Assembly: GCF_000025945.1 (NCBI RefSeq)
Contig: NC_006138.1
Location: forward strand, 1,050,001 to 1,082,000
Length of the DNA: 32,000 nt
Direction of reading: 5' to 3'
Source of the DNA: Desulfotalea psychrophila LSv54
GTDB taxonomy: Bacteria; Desulfobacterota; Desulfobulbia; Desulfobulbales; Desulfocapsaceae
Shown here: positions 1 through 9,106 of the stretch, one piece after another
Position numbering within the stretch: position 1 is the first letter of the stretch
Layout: the number at the start of each line of letters is the position of its first letter
Notes under the pieces: model-generated
Told to the model about the DNA's origin: nothing
Database searches by the model: none
What the model saw: only the letters and a program-made list of their open reading frames with translations
Made by a program: the position numbers and the translations under genes

Positions 1-313
1 TGTCGTAGCCCTTTTCGGCTACGGCCTTAAGAAGCGGGGCGGAGAGGCCCAGGGTGTTAAAACTCATAGTATTTTCTCTTGTTAATACGTAATATTTTAT
101 AAACCATCCACCAGTTCTTATTTGCTCGTGGACGGGTATATGACCATTCTTCTAATCAAACTGGATCAAGGGTCAATGTGGATGCCAGGTAAGAGTTGCT
201 TCATGTTTTGCGCCTGCCAGTATACACTATGCCTCTTCCATTTTAGCTATATTAATTTAAAGCAAAGATGGGGGAGCTTGAACGGCTAATGAACCTGTGC
301 TCTCTAGCATTTG

Positions 314-979
314 TTACATTTTTTTCTTTCTGCGATCAAACTCCTCTCTTGAGTCAATGCAGGTAGTTAAATCTTTTAAAATGCCATTTCTCAGGCTGTA
401 AATCCAACCGTGAATGGAAAGTTCAGCACCTTTTTTCCAGGCATTTTGAACGATGGTGGTATTGCAGACATTGGTTACCTGTTCAATGACATTGAGCTCA
501 CAGAGCAGGTTGAATTTTTTGTCGGGTTCAAGATCCTTAAGCTTGTCGGCATTGAGACGAATAACATCTTTAACATGACGAAGCCAGTTATCGATTAAGC
601 CATGCTCAGCATCTTCCATGGAGGCCTTGATACCACCGCAACCATAATGGCCACAGACAATAATGTGTTTCACCTTTAAAACGTCAACTGCATACTGTAG
701 TACCGAAAGGCAGTTGAGATCTGTATGGACGACAACGTTTGCAATATTGCGATGAACAAAGACATCGCCTGGTGGTAAATTTGTTATCTGGTTTGCAGGT
801 ACTCTGCTATCTGAGCAACCAATCCACAGGTAGTCAGGAGAGTGCTCTTTTGACAGCTGGGGGAAAAAATCAGGATCCCTCTCTTTGATCTTGTTGGCCC
901 ATTCCAGATTTCTCTCAAAGAGATGCTTTAATGTCTTCAAAACTTTATATTCTCCTCTCTCAATGCCAGTAAGGTTCAA
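314..979 (-). CDS. beta-class carbonic anhydrase
   Basis: ORF of 221 aa with CSDSR motif (WIGCSDSRVPANQI) and HYGCGG motif typical of beta-carbonic anhydrases. Confidence 0.93.
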   Translation of the reverse strand: MNLTGIERGEYKVLKTLKHLFERNLEWANKIKERDPDFFPQLSKEHSPDYLWIGCSDSRVPANQITNLPPGDVFVHRNIANVVVHTDLNCLSVLQYAVDVLKVKHIIVCGHYGCGGIKASMEDAEHGLIDNWLRHVKDVIRLNADKLKDLEPDKKFNLLCELNVIEQVTNVCNTTIVQNAWKKGAELSIHGWIYSLRNGILKDLTTCIDSREEFDRRKKKM

Positions 980-1831
980 TTCATCGTTGAGAATTATCCG
1001 TTGTTGGTATTCGCGACTCTATATACTCAGTTAGGCTTGATTCTGCTTGATATTTTAATGAGGTAACAGCTTATATCTCTTCTCTAACGAATCAAAATAT
1101 TACCGCATTTTTTGGCAATATTTGTAATGTGGTGGAATACGATCAGGTAGGTCTTCTTGTTTTTTCACCACTCTTTTTGTTAAATAAGGTATTTCTGATA
1201 TAGGATAGTGCAAGGGGAGGTCTTTTTTTAGCTGTGCTCTTCTCTTTTCGGGGCTAACCAGTATTGCTCATGTTCTGATAATTCCCAGGCAAAGTAGGTA
1301 AAATCTATATGGGTGCTGTTGGCGAGCTGGTCATGATTATAGAGTTTGATGATGAGTTCTCGAATAATGAAGATTATTGCTGGGGCAGTCATATTGTGCA
1401 GTCGGATGCGCTCTGCCTTGAACTAGTCGATAAAACTACGGAAGAGTTCGAGTATAAGCCAAAAAACTCGGATCCGTCACTGGATGGGAGAGAATCAGAT
1501 CAATTTGATCCCGACTGAGGAGCATCTTTGTGCTGACTGAGTCATATGTGGGGGTAGTATTTAATTTGTATTAAGGTTGGATTGGTTTTTGCTATAGGTG
1601 CTGATTGCCAATTATCGAGGGGCGCGGAGATACATGAGACGGATGTTTCTCAGTTGATATGTATCTACTGGTATGCAGGAGATCGTAGAAGAAATTGGCC
1701 TGAGGAGTACCTTGCCAAATAGTTTGTTGGCTTCTTGAGGAGTTTTCTTTTTTAAAGAGGCTGTTGTTGTATGTGCTTGTAAATCTTGTCTCCACCCGGA
1801 CACAAGGCCTTACAGTTAGAACATCGTAAAA

Positions 1832-1865
1832 GGAGAGGAGTTATAACTTATCCCCTCCTTTTTTA
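1832..1865. terminator. probable bidirectional rho-independent terminator
   Basis: GGAGaGGA ... TCCcCTCC imperfect stem flanked by TTTTTTT on + side and by AAAA (T-run on the minus transcript) on the other. Confidence 0.5.
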
Positions 1866-1906
1866 ATTACCTATTGGCTTGAAATTATGAGAAGGCAGTT
1901 TCGCCC

Positions 1907-3073
1907 TTAGAAGTTAATAGCTGTTCCGTCGTGACAGGCCTGGAAGTTGGCCTTGATCTCTGCAAATTCCGGTTTTCTTGGGTTGAAAAGGGTACAGGGA
2001 TCTTTCATTGCATTTTCAGTCAGCGTATCCAATTTTTCTTCCCACTCTTTTTCATCAATGCCATACTCTTTCAGTGAACCTGCAACGCCTGTTGATGCAC
2101 GCAGATCAGATACTTCCTGGGCAAAATCTTCAGCAGATGATTTACCGAATAAGGCTGCCAGGGCCTCATATTTGTCAGTTGCCTTGGAGTTGAAGCGAAT
2201 GACGTTAGGCATCAGGATGGCGTTGCCGCAACCGTGTGCTACTCCGAAGGTACCCCCATCTGATGGGACATGGCGTGAACAATTCCCAACCATACGTTGG
2301 TAAATGCCATACCTGCCATACAGGAGGCATCGTGCATTGCCTGGCGAGCGTCTAGATTATTTGGCTCTTCAACTGCAGTGGCAAGATTTTTGAAGACCAA
2401 CTCAATAGAACCCTTGGCCAAAGAGTCGTTATAACGGTCTGCAATATTAGATGCATAGGCTTCTACTCCATGACTCAGGGCATCAAGTCCGGTATTGGCA
2501 GTAACATGTTTAGGCATGCTGGCACAAAGCTCACCGTCAATAATAGCTACATCAGGGGTTAATTTGTGAGAGACGATAGGGTATTTTGTCCCTTTTGCTC
2601 TATCTGTAATCACGGCAAGACCTGTGACTTCGGTGCCGGTGCCACTCGTTGAGGGAATTGCAACGAAGATAGCCTTGTTGCGCATGGGCTTGACGGCGAA
2701 CGGAGCAGCCAGTTCTTCAAGCTTTGAATCTGGATACTCATAAAAAATCCACATTGCCTTGGCCGCATCAATTGCTGAACATCCACCTAAGCCGATGATA
2801 ATATCAGGCTGTTCCTGGGTGAAGAAATCAGCACCTAGCAAAACCGTTTCAATGGATGGATCTGCCTCTACACCGGAAAAAACAGCAGATGCAATATTTG
2901 CTTCAGATAAGAAATTCTGAGCTTTTGTCAAAACCCCGTTGTTCTTCACTGAGTTGCCACCGATAACAATAACTGCTTTGCTACCCTTTAACCCTTTAAC
3001 CCTTTAACCCTTTGAGATTCTCAAGAGTTCCTAGACCGTGAAAGATTTCTTTTGGGACGATAAACTTTGCCAT
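1907..3073 (-). pseudogene. iron-containing alcohol dehydrogenase, disrupted by at least two frameshifts
   Basis: Minus-strand ORFs 2239..2949 and 1907..2293 are the N-terminal/middle and C-terminal parts of one Fe-ADH. They join at ...HAMSHQMG|GTFGVAHGCGNAI. The N-terminus MAKFIVPKEIFHGLGTLENLKGLKG (ATG near 3073) is in another frame, separated by an expanded 8-bp repeat at 2984-3013. Confidence 0.88.
2984..3015. repeat. 8-bp tandem repeat (CCCTTTAA)x3 plus CCCTTTga
   Basis: Read directly: CCCTTTAA CCCTTTAA CCCTTTAA CCCTTTGA inside the 5' coding part of the disrupted Fe-ADH. Confidence 0.95.
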
Positions 3074-3472
3074 GATTTTCCTACCTCTTTTGTGTTAGTA
3101 GGTGCTGCTGTAAGAACAAAACCGGAATTGCTCCGATGATTCTTTGTTAAGCGATCTGTTCAGGATTAACGCGCTCAATCACTACTGCTTTTTTTTTCTC
3201 AGCCGATCATCGAATCAGGGTGCCTGGAGGCGTTAGCTTGCTTGAGAGGGGTATTAACATCTTTGGAAAGGGCCTGTAAAGTAGGCACCTTTTGGTGAGG
3301 CAGTATGGTTTTGGTTTTATAGTATGCAAAAGGTAACCGCCTTCTGTGTTGGATAAAATTGATCTAAAATTAGATAGTTGCTCGTCGGTGTCGAGGCTAG
3401 GAAAAAGCATGATTTTTTTCAAATTGTATGATATCTCCCTCGGTGGAGAGATAAAGAAATATTGTTCAAAAA

Positions 3473-3856
3473 ATGGTCTGGAAAAATTTTATGCCTGAGG
3501 ATAGGACACATAAGGTCAGCTGTAGTAGCTATGTATATGAGGTGGAGGTCGCCTTTGAGATGTTATCAGGAAAGTGGATACCGCTTATCGTCTGGACACT
3601 TTTAACAGAGGGGACGAAGAGATTTGGCGAACTAAGAAAGAAGATGCCGGCTGTAACTCAGAAGATGCTCACCCAGCAACTCCGGACGCTTGAGAGGCAT
3701 GGCATTGTCAGTTGAAAAGTTTACCCTGAGGTCCCACCCGTTGTTGAATACTCTTTGACAGAAATCGGTCAAAAATTATTGCCTATATTAAAAGACCTTA
3801 ACGGTTGGGCCGTAGAGTATTTATCAATTCGAAATGATAATGAGCTGAACGATTAG
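3473..3856 (+). pseudogene. HxlR-family transcriptional regulator interrupted by an in-frame TGA at 3713-3715
   Basis: MLSGKWIPLIVWTLLTEGTKRFGELRKKMPAVTQKMLTQQLRTLERHGIVS*KVYPEVPPVVEYSLTEIGQKLLPIL. The HxlR family sequence continues in the same frame after the TGA. Confidence 0.85.
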
Positions 3857-3973
3857 TTAGCCGCTCCATGCCCATGGGACGTGGTGAAAAATTATTTGAG
3901 CTGTGTGGTTAGAGAAAAAAAGCTTGACGATAACGTGTGGTTATTTTACCATATGATCAAACAAAGGAGTAAT

Positions 3974-4291
3974 ATGACAGAAAAACAAAAGGCATTAATA
4001 GAGGCAAAGGCAAATGTACTCAAGGCCCTGGGCCATCCCACCAGATTGTGGATGTCAGAGCAACTGGCCGATGGAGAAAAATGCGTCTGTGAGCTTGCCG
4101 CGTCAATAGATGCAGATTTTTCCACGGTCTCCAAACACCTTTTGGTGTTGAAGCAGGCTGGCGTTGTGGCAGATGAAAAACGGGGCAAACAGGTCTATTA
4201 TAGCCTCAGGGTTCCCTGTATCCTGAATTTCATGCCCTGTGTTGAGGCTGTGATAAAGGCAAAGGCAGAAGAGCATTTAAACTTACTGTAG
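3974..4291 (+). CDS. ArsR-family helix-turn-helix repressor
   Basis: LKALGHPTRLWMSEQLADGEKCVCELAASIDADFSTVSKHLLVLKQAGVV. ATG at 3974 preceded by AAAGGAG. The 3881 start gives an unlikely N-terminal extension. Confidence 0.9.
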   Translation: MTEKQKALIEAKANVLKALGHPTRLWMSEQLADGEKCVCELAASIDADFSTVSKHLLVLKQAGVVADEKRGKQVYYSLRVPCILNFMPCVEAVIKAKAEEHLNLL

Positions 4292-4349
4292 TATTTTTTT
4301 TCTTAAACATTTGGTTAAAAGGCCAAGTGACAAAATGTGGTGATAGGAT

Positions 4350-5648
4350 ATGAACTGGAAAACCGAATGGAAGAGCCTTGGTTGGATTGTGGCGGTGTTT
4401 ATTGCATGCTTTTATCTGCCAGTGGGTAACCCACGATTTGACAATGCCATGCTGGAGGCCTTTCATCTGGTTAAGTGGTACGCCCAGGAACATGTTCTGC
4501 TCTGTCTTGTCCCGGCATTTTTTATCGCAGGGGCAATTGGTGTTTTTGTCAGTCAGGCGTCGGTTATGAAATACCTTGGCGCTGGAGCAAATAAGTTTCT
4601 TGCCTACGGTGTTGCCTCTGTTTCCGGTACAATTCTGGCAGTATGTTCCTGTACCATCCTTCCTCTCTTTGCCGGTATTTATCGTATGGGTGCTGGACTT
4701 GGGCCGGCCACCGCATTTCTCTATTCAGGTCCTGCCATTAATGTCCTGGCCATAGTCTTGACGGCAAATGTTCTCGGCCCTGAATTGGGCATTGCCCGTG
4801 GCATTGGTGCAATTTTCTTTAGTGTAATCATTGGCCTGTCAATGGCCTTTATTTTCAGAAAAGAGGAAAACAAGAAAATTGCCCTGCAGATGGCCATGCC
4901 GGTAGAAGAGGCAAGCCGGCCGCTCTGGAAGAACGGATTATACTTTTTTTCCATGGTGGCCATTCTTGTCTTTGTGAACTGGGGAAAGCCACAGGAAACG
5001 GAGGGGCTCTGGGCCGCAATTTACTCGGCAAAGTGGCTGGTCACCTCGGGTTTTGCCATAATGTTTGGCCTGATTTTAGTTCGCTGGTTCAAGATCGCCG
5101 CCTGGAAGGTGCTTGCTGTGGCGGCACTTGTGACAGCCGCAGCACTGGTTCTCCCGGCTCATCCAACCTTTGCCTTCACCATAGGCTTTATTGGCCTTTC
5201 AGTTATTACCAGTTGTGAAAGTGGTGAGGCAGGTGAGTGGTTTACCTCATCCTGGGGGTTTGCCAAGCAGATTTTACCGCTTCTCCTCATTGGTGTCCTC
5301 ATTGCGGGAGCACTCTTGGGCAGAGTTGGTAACGAGGGTTTGATTCCCTCTGAGTGGGTGGCAAGAGCCGTTGGCGGAAACTCTCTTCGGGCAAACTTCT
5401 TTGCCTCTTTCGCTGGAGCATTTATGTACTTTGCCACCCTTACCGAGGTGCCGATCTTGCAGGGACTGATCGGTAACGGTATGGGAAAAGGTCCGGCACT
5501 TGCCCTCTTGTTGGCGGGACCTGCCCTGAGTCTGCCCAATATGTTGGTGATACGAAGTGTCATAGGCACCAAGAAGACAGCTGTCTTTGTTGCTCTGGTA
5601 GTTGTTATGGCAACGATAAGCGGTATGATTTTTGGTACATATTATTAA
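4350..5648 (+). CDS. ArsP/DUF318-type predicted permease
   Basis: Multi-TM 432 aa protein with SGTILAVCSCTILPLFAGIYRMGAGLGPATAFLYSGPAIN signature. Confidence 0.88.
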   Translation: MNWKTEWKSLGWIVAVFIACFYLPVGNPRFDNAMLEAFHLVKWYAQEHVLLCLVPAFFIAGAIGVFVSQASVMKYLGAGANKFLAYGVASVSGTILAVCSCTILPLFAGIYRMGAGLGPATAFLYSGPAINVLAIVLTANVLGPELGIARGIGAIFFSVIIGLSMAFIFRKEENKKIALQMAMPVEEASRPLWKNGLYFFSMVAILVFVNWGKPQETEGLWAAIYSAKWLVTSGFAIMFGLILVRWFKIAAWKVLAVAALVTAAALVLPAHPTFAFTIGFIGLSVITSCESGEAGEWFTSSWGFAKQILPLLLIGVLIAGALLGRVGNEGLIPSEWVARAVGGNSLRANFFASFAGAFMYFATLTEVPILQGLIGNGMGKGPALALLLAGPALSLPNMLVIRSVIGTKKTAVFVALVVVMATISGMIFGTYY

Positions 5649-5669
5649 TTCATTACATAGGAATAGAAA

Positions 5670-5900
5670 ATGAAAATTCAAATACTTGGACCTGGTTGTC
5701 CAAAATGTAAACAACTTGAAGAGGCGGCCGAGGTAGCGGCTCAGGAATTTGGTGCAGACTATCAGATTGAAAAAGTTTCAGATATAAATGAGATCATGAG
5801 CTTTGGGGTCATGATGACACCTGCAATTGCCGTTGATGGAGAGGTGAAGAGTGTGGGCAAGGTGCTGTCAAAGGATGAAATCATAGCCTTTTTAAAATAA
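5670..5900 (+). CDS. small thioredoxin-fold redox-active disulfide protein
   Basis: MKIQILGPGCPKCKQLEEAAEVAAQEFG..., CPKC active site, cis-Pro region MMTPAIAVDG. Confidence 0.9.
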   Translation: MKIQILGPGCPKCKQLEEAAEVAAQEFGADYQIEKVSDINEIMSFGVMMTPAIAVDGEVKSVGKVLSKDEIIAFLK

Positions 5901-5920
5901 ACGAAAGATTGGGGTAAACA

Positions 5921-6304
5921 ATGCTTCAGACAATACCAACCTGTGGGTGTAGCTGTAATAGTAGTGCTTCCAGATTAATATTTTCATGTTCCGGTTGTCA
6001 TGATGTGGGGGACTTATCGGATCGTGTTGCCCGTAAGATGGAAAAAGATGGTTTGGGTAAAATGGCATGTCTGGCCGGAATTGGTGGTCGGGTCAGTGGC
6101 CTTATGATGTCTGCCGAGGCCGCATCAGCAATAGTGGCAATCGATGGTTGTGCCCTTAACTGTGCTCAAAAAACCTTGTCACAGGCTGGCTTTGACCGGG
6201 TGACTCATCTCTGCCTTGCCGATTTGGCCTTCAAAATTGGTGGTACTGAGGTGACCGATGAGGCCATTGCCAGGGTTGTTCAACATGTAAATGATATCTC
6301 ATAG
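5921..6304 (+). CDS. DGC-domain putative zinc-binding protein
   Basis: FSCSGCHDVGDLSDRVARKM...GIGGRVSGLM...VAIDGCALNCAQKTL. The DGC motif and cysteines match the DGC family. Confidence 0.82.
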   Translation: MLQTIPTCGCSCNSSASRLIFSCSGCHDVGDLSDRVARKMEKDGLGKMACLAGIGGRVSGLMMSAEAASAIVAIDGCALNCAQKTLSQAGFDRVTHLCLADLAFKIGGTEVTDEAIARVVQHVNDIS

Positions 6305-6313
6305 GAGGCGGAT

Positions 6314-6700
6314 ATTCTAATTAAGAAGGCATATTTAGTCCTGCTCACCCTTTTTATGCTCTGCTTATCTGTGCCCTCTCTCTCCTTCGCCGAAGGCATG
6401 GACAGTAAACAGATACCGGTGCCGGGCATGGTAACCATGGTGGATATAGGTGCCAAAAAATGTATCCCATGCAAGATGATGGCACCCATCATTGAGGAGT
6501 TGCAGGTAGAGTATAAGGATCGGGTAGCTGTGATTTTTATTGATGTTTGGCAAAATCCTGAAAAGGGCAGAAGATTTGCCATAAACACTATCCCGACTCA
6601 AATATTTTACGATGATAAGGGCAAGGAGGTGCGGCGGCACGTCGGTTTTTTGGATAAAAAATCCATAGTGGCCATCTATGATGAGCTTGGGGTTAAGTAG
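6314..6700 (+). CDS. secreted or lipid-proximal thioredoxin-like protein (start codon uncertain; ORF track start 6356)
   Basis: Thioredoxin fold with CIPCKMMAPIIEEL. A signal-peptide-like hydrophobic N-terminus is complete only if translation begins upstream of ATG 6356. AGGAGG lies at 6303-6308. Confidence 0.75.
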   Translation: MLIKKAYLVLLTLFMLCLSVPSLSFAEGMDSKQIPVPGMVTMVDIGAKKCIPCKMMAPIIEELQVEYKDRVAVIFIDVWQNPEKGRRFAINTIPTQIFYDDKGKEVRRHVGFLDKKSIVAIYDELGVK

Positions 6701-6703
6701 TTC

Positions 6704-7402
6704 ATGGATCAAATTTTTTTAACAATCAATAGCTGGATGAGCCAAGGCCTCTTACTGGGGGCACTTGGTTGTTTTTTATGGGGAATGGTGAGTGTGCTTT
6801 TCAGTCCCTGTCACTTAGCATCAATTCCATTAATTATCAGCTATGTTGCAGGAGAAAAGAGGGTAATAGCGGGTCGCCTGGCGACAATTTATGCCATTGT
6901 CTTTACCATCGGCCTCTTTATCACCATTGCGGTAATTGGAGTCATATGCTCATTGCTCGGCAGGATGTTGGGTGACGTCGGCCCTTATATGAATCTTGTG
7001 GTGGGGGCGATACTTCTCTGGGTCTCTCTGGATTTCTTAGGCATTGCGAAATGCTCGATTTCTGGTGGCTTGATGGCAAAGATGCAGGTTAGGGGGGTGC
7101 CAGGGGCATTTATCCTTGGTCTCTCCTACGGCATTCTCTCGGGCTCATGTACCTTTGGCTTTATTGCCCCTATACTTGCCATCATTACTGTGCAGGAACA
7201 GTTTGTTACCGGAGTGGTATTTATCATACTCTTTGGTCTTGGCCACTGTATGCCCATTGCTCTGGCGGGAAGTTCAGCTGCGCTGATAAAGAGCTGCCTC
7301 GCCAATAGTGTCTGGCAGAGGGGCAGTGTCATTTTTAGAAGGCTTGCCGGCCTCTGTATTGGTGGATTGGCTGTTTATTTCATAGGCGGCCCATGGCTTT
7401 AA
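6704..7402 (+). CDS. CcdA/DsbD-like cytochrome c biogenesis transmembrane protein
   Basis: Multi-TM, FSPCHLASIPLIISY and GSCTFGFIAPIL with paired TM cysteines typical of CcdA/DsbD electron transfer. Confidence 0.88.
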   Translation: MDQIFLTINSWMSQGLLLGALGCFLWGMVSVLFSPCHLASIPLIISYVAGEKRVIAGRLATIYAIVFTIGLFITIAVIGVICSLLGRMLGDVGPYMNLVVGAILLWVSLDFLGIAKCSISGGLMAKMQVRGVPGAFILGLSYGILSGSCTFGFIAPILAIITVQEQFVTGVVFIILFGLGHCMPIALAGSSAALIKSCLANSVWQRGSVIFRRLAGLCIGGLAVYFIGGPWL

Positions 7403-7487
7403 TGGGGTAAGTGTGGGCCCTCTGCGATGAGTCAGGGGGGAGAGGATTGGCCCCCCCTCCCCTGCGCCAAGATGGACCTATTCCCTG

Positions 7488-8669
7488 CTAGAGAGCGGCC
7501 CTGTAAATTTCTTTTACGTCGCTGTCTCTGAGACAGCGTGGATTGGTCAGGCCACAGATATCTTTCTGGGCATTTACCGTCATGATATCGATGTCTTTTT
7601 CCTCAACATCTTTACCATAACGTCTGCCCAGCTCAACAAGCCCTGCTGGTATGCCAACATCCTGAGAGAGCTGTTCTATGGACTCAATGGCAAGTTCTGC
7701 CGCATCACGCTGAGAGAGTCCTTTGATATCTTCGCCCAGCAGTTCTGCAATTTTTGCATAACGCGCGACCTTGGCAATCAGGTTAAAGCGACTTACATGG
7801 GGGAGGAGGATGGCGTTACATTCACCATGGGGTAGATCGTAGAAACCGCCAAGCTGATGGGCCATGGCGTGTACGTGGCCAAGGCTTGCATTGTTGAAGG
7901 CCATGCCGCCAAGGTATTGGGCGTAGCACATACCCTCCCGCGCATTGATGTCGCTGCCATTGGCGACGGCTGGGCGGAGGTGTTGAGAAATGAGTTGGAT
8001 AGATTTCTCTGCAGCGGAGTCGGTCAGTGGGGTTGCCGCAGTTGATACATAGGCTTCAACTGAGTGAGTAAGGGCATCCATGCCGGTGGCTGCGGTAAGT
8101 GCTGGTGGCATTCCCATCATCAGCATTGGATCATCAAGGGCGATACCCGGGGTTACTCGCCAATCGGCGATGGCCATCTTTACCCTACGGCGGGTATCGG
8201 TGATAACAGCAAATCTAGTCATCTCAGATGCTGTGCCTGCCGTGGTGTTTACGGCAATATAGGGTGGCATTGGCTTGGTGGCTTTATCCACTCCCTCATA
8301 ATCATTAATTCTACCGCCGTTGGCAACAACAAGGCCAATTCCCTTACCACAATCGTGGGATGAACCACCCCCAAGGGTGATAAGACTATCACAACCATTT
8401 CTCTTGTATACATCTATGCCTTCATGGACATTAATGTCTGTTGGATTGGGAACAGTCTTATCATATATCGCATATTCCATTCCTGCTCCGTCACAGAGAT
8501 CAGTGATCTGTTTGGTGATGCCAGCGCCTGTGATGCCCTTATCGGTGACGATGAGGGGCTTTCTGCCACCAAGTGACTGTATGCGTGCAGGGATTTCCCG
8601 GGCAGCACCAATGCCGATAAGAGTCACACTTGGAATGAAAAAACCGTATACTTGCTCTTGAATAGCCAT
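7488..8669 (-). CDS. iron-containing alcohol dehydrogenase (paralogue 1)
   Basis: 393 aa; GGGSSHDCGKGIG, DALTHSVEAY, HVHAMAHQLGGFYDLPHGECNAILLPHV: Fe-ADH fold and metal ligands. Confidence 0.96.
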   Translation of the reverse strand: MAIQEQVYGFFIPSVTLIGIGAAREIPARIQSLGGRKPLIVTDKGITGAGITKQITDLCDGAGMEYAIYDKTVPNPTDINVHEGIDVYKRNGCDSLITLGGGSSHDCGKGIGLVVANGGRINDYEGVDKATKPMPPYIAVNTTAGTASEMTRFAVITDTRRRVKMAIADWRVTPGIALDDPMLMMGMPPALTAATGMDALTHSVEAYVSTAATPLTDSAAEKSIQLISQHLRPAVANGSDINAREGMCYAQYLGGMAFNNASLGHVHAMAHQLGGFYDLPHGECNAILLPHVSRFNLIAKVARYAKIAELLGEDIKGLSQRDAAELAIESIEQLSQDVGIPAGLVELGRRYGKDVEEKDIDIMTVNAQKDICGLTNPRCLRDSDVKEIYRAAL

Positions 8670-8728
8670 GATAGTCCTCGCTTATGTGGTTTAGTTGCAC
8701 AGCATGTGTCGATCCATATCTTTGTTAT

Positions 8729-8744
8729 AGCAAGTGCTGTGCCA
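8729..8744 (-). promoter_or_regulatory. sigma54 (-24/-12) promoter for adh paralogue 1
   Basis: Minus-strand TGGCAC-AGCAC-TTGCT, matching TGGCAY-N5-TTGCW. Confidence 0.85.
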
Positions 8745-8798
8745 GAATGTTTTTTGCTATTATTACATAAGCTTGGGATGGTTTGCCGCTTTGTACGA

Positions 8799-8813
8799 GG
8801 GACAATTTTTCCT
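8799..8813. promoter_or_regulatory. proximal candidate activator site, adh1
   Basis: GGGACAATTTTTCCT: perfect left half GGGACA, degenerate right half; 55 bp from the promoter edge. Confidence 0.5.
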
Positions 8814-8902
8814 GCACCTCTGTTTCATGGGAGTGAGGAGGGGAGTGGAAGGAGGGTTTTTGTAAGTTAATATTACGTTAATACAGCTGGTTAGCTGGCC
8901 GT

Positions 8903-8917
8903 GGGGCAGAATGGCCC
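8903..8917. promoter_or_regulatory. distal activator palindrome 1, adh1
   Basis: GGGGCA-GAA-TGGCCC. Confidence 0.65.
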
Positions 8918-8933
8918 ATAGAAGAATTAAAAT

Positions 8934-8948
8934 GGGGCATTATGTCTC
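8934..8948. promoter_or_regulatory. distal activator palindrome 2, adh1
   Basis: GGGGCA-TTA-TGTCTC, exactly 31 bp from the preceding site. Confidence 0.7.
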
Positions 8949-8981
8949 CCCTATTTCGTTAGGATAGCCGTTTGTAGCCCT

Positions 8982-8996
8982 GTGAGGTTTTGTCCC
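8982..8996. promoter_or_regulatory. additional candidate activator half-site, adh1
   Basis: GTGAGGTTTTGTCCC: perfect right half TGTCCC only. Confidence 0.35.
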
Positions 8997-9025
8997 GGGG
9001 GAGCAGTCGCTTGGCCTATGGCAAT

Positions 9026-9057
9026 AAAAAAAGGCCAGATCACTAGGTGATCTGGCC
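9026..9057 (-). terminator. rho-independent terminator of adh paralogue 2
   Basis: GGCCAGATCAC-TAG-GTGATCTGGCC 11-bp perfect stem (9033-9057), followed on the minus transcript by TTTTTTT. Confidence 0.93.
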
Positions 9058-9106
9058 TTTCTGGGGAGGATTACTCCTCTGGCAAACTCTGAGATGGATC
9101 GTGCCC

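Noticed and set aside
4-23. Small hairpin CGTAGCC-CTTTTC-GGCTACG at the window edge.
   Set aside because: No T-run follows and the upstream context lies outside the window, so no function can be assigned.
2984-3015. CCCTTTAA repeat considered as telomere-like or as a transposon end.
   Set aside because: Only about 3.75 units, lying exactly within ADH coding sequence. Removing two units restores the protein frame, so slippage explains it.
3713-3715. TGA in HxlR as a selenocysteine codon.
   Set aside because: The family position is Arg rather than Cys, and no SECIS-like hairpin was apparent just downstream. A nonsense change is simpler.
7433-7461. AGGGGGG...CCCCCCT inverted repeat between the CcdA gene and adh1.
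   Set aside because: It could be a shared terminator for the convergent genes, but it lacks a T-tract on either side, so it is not called.
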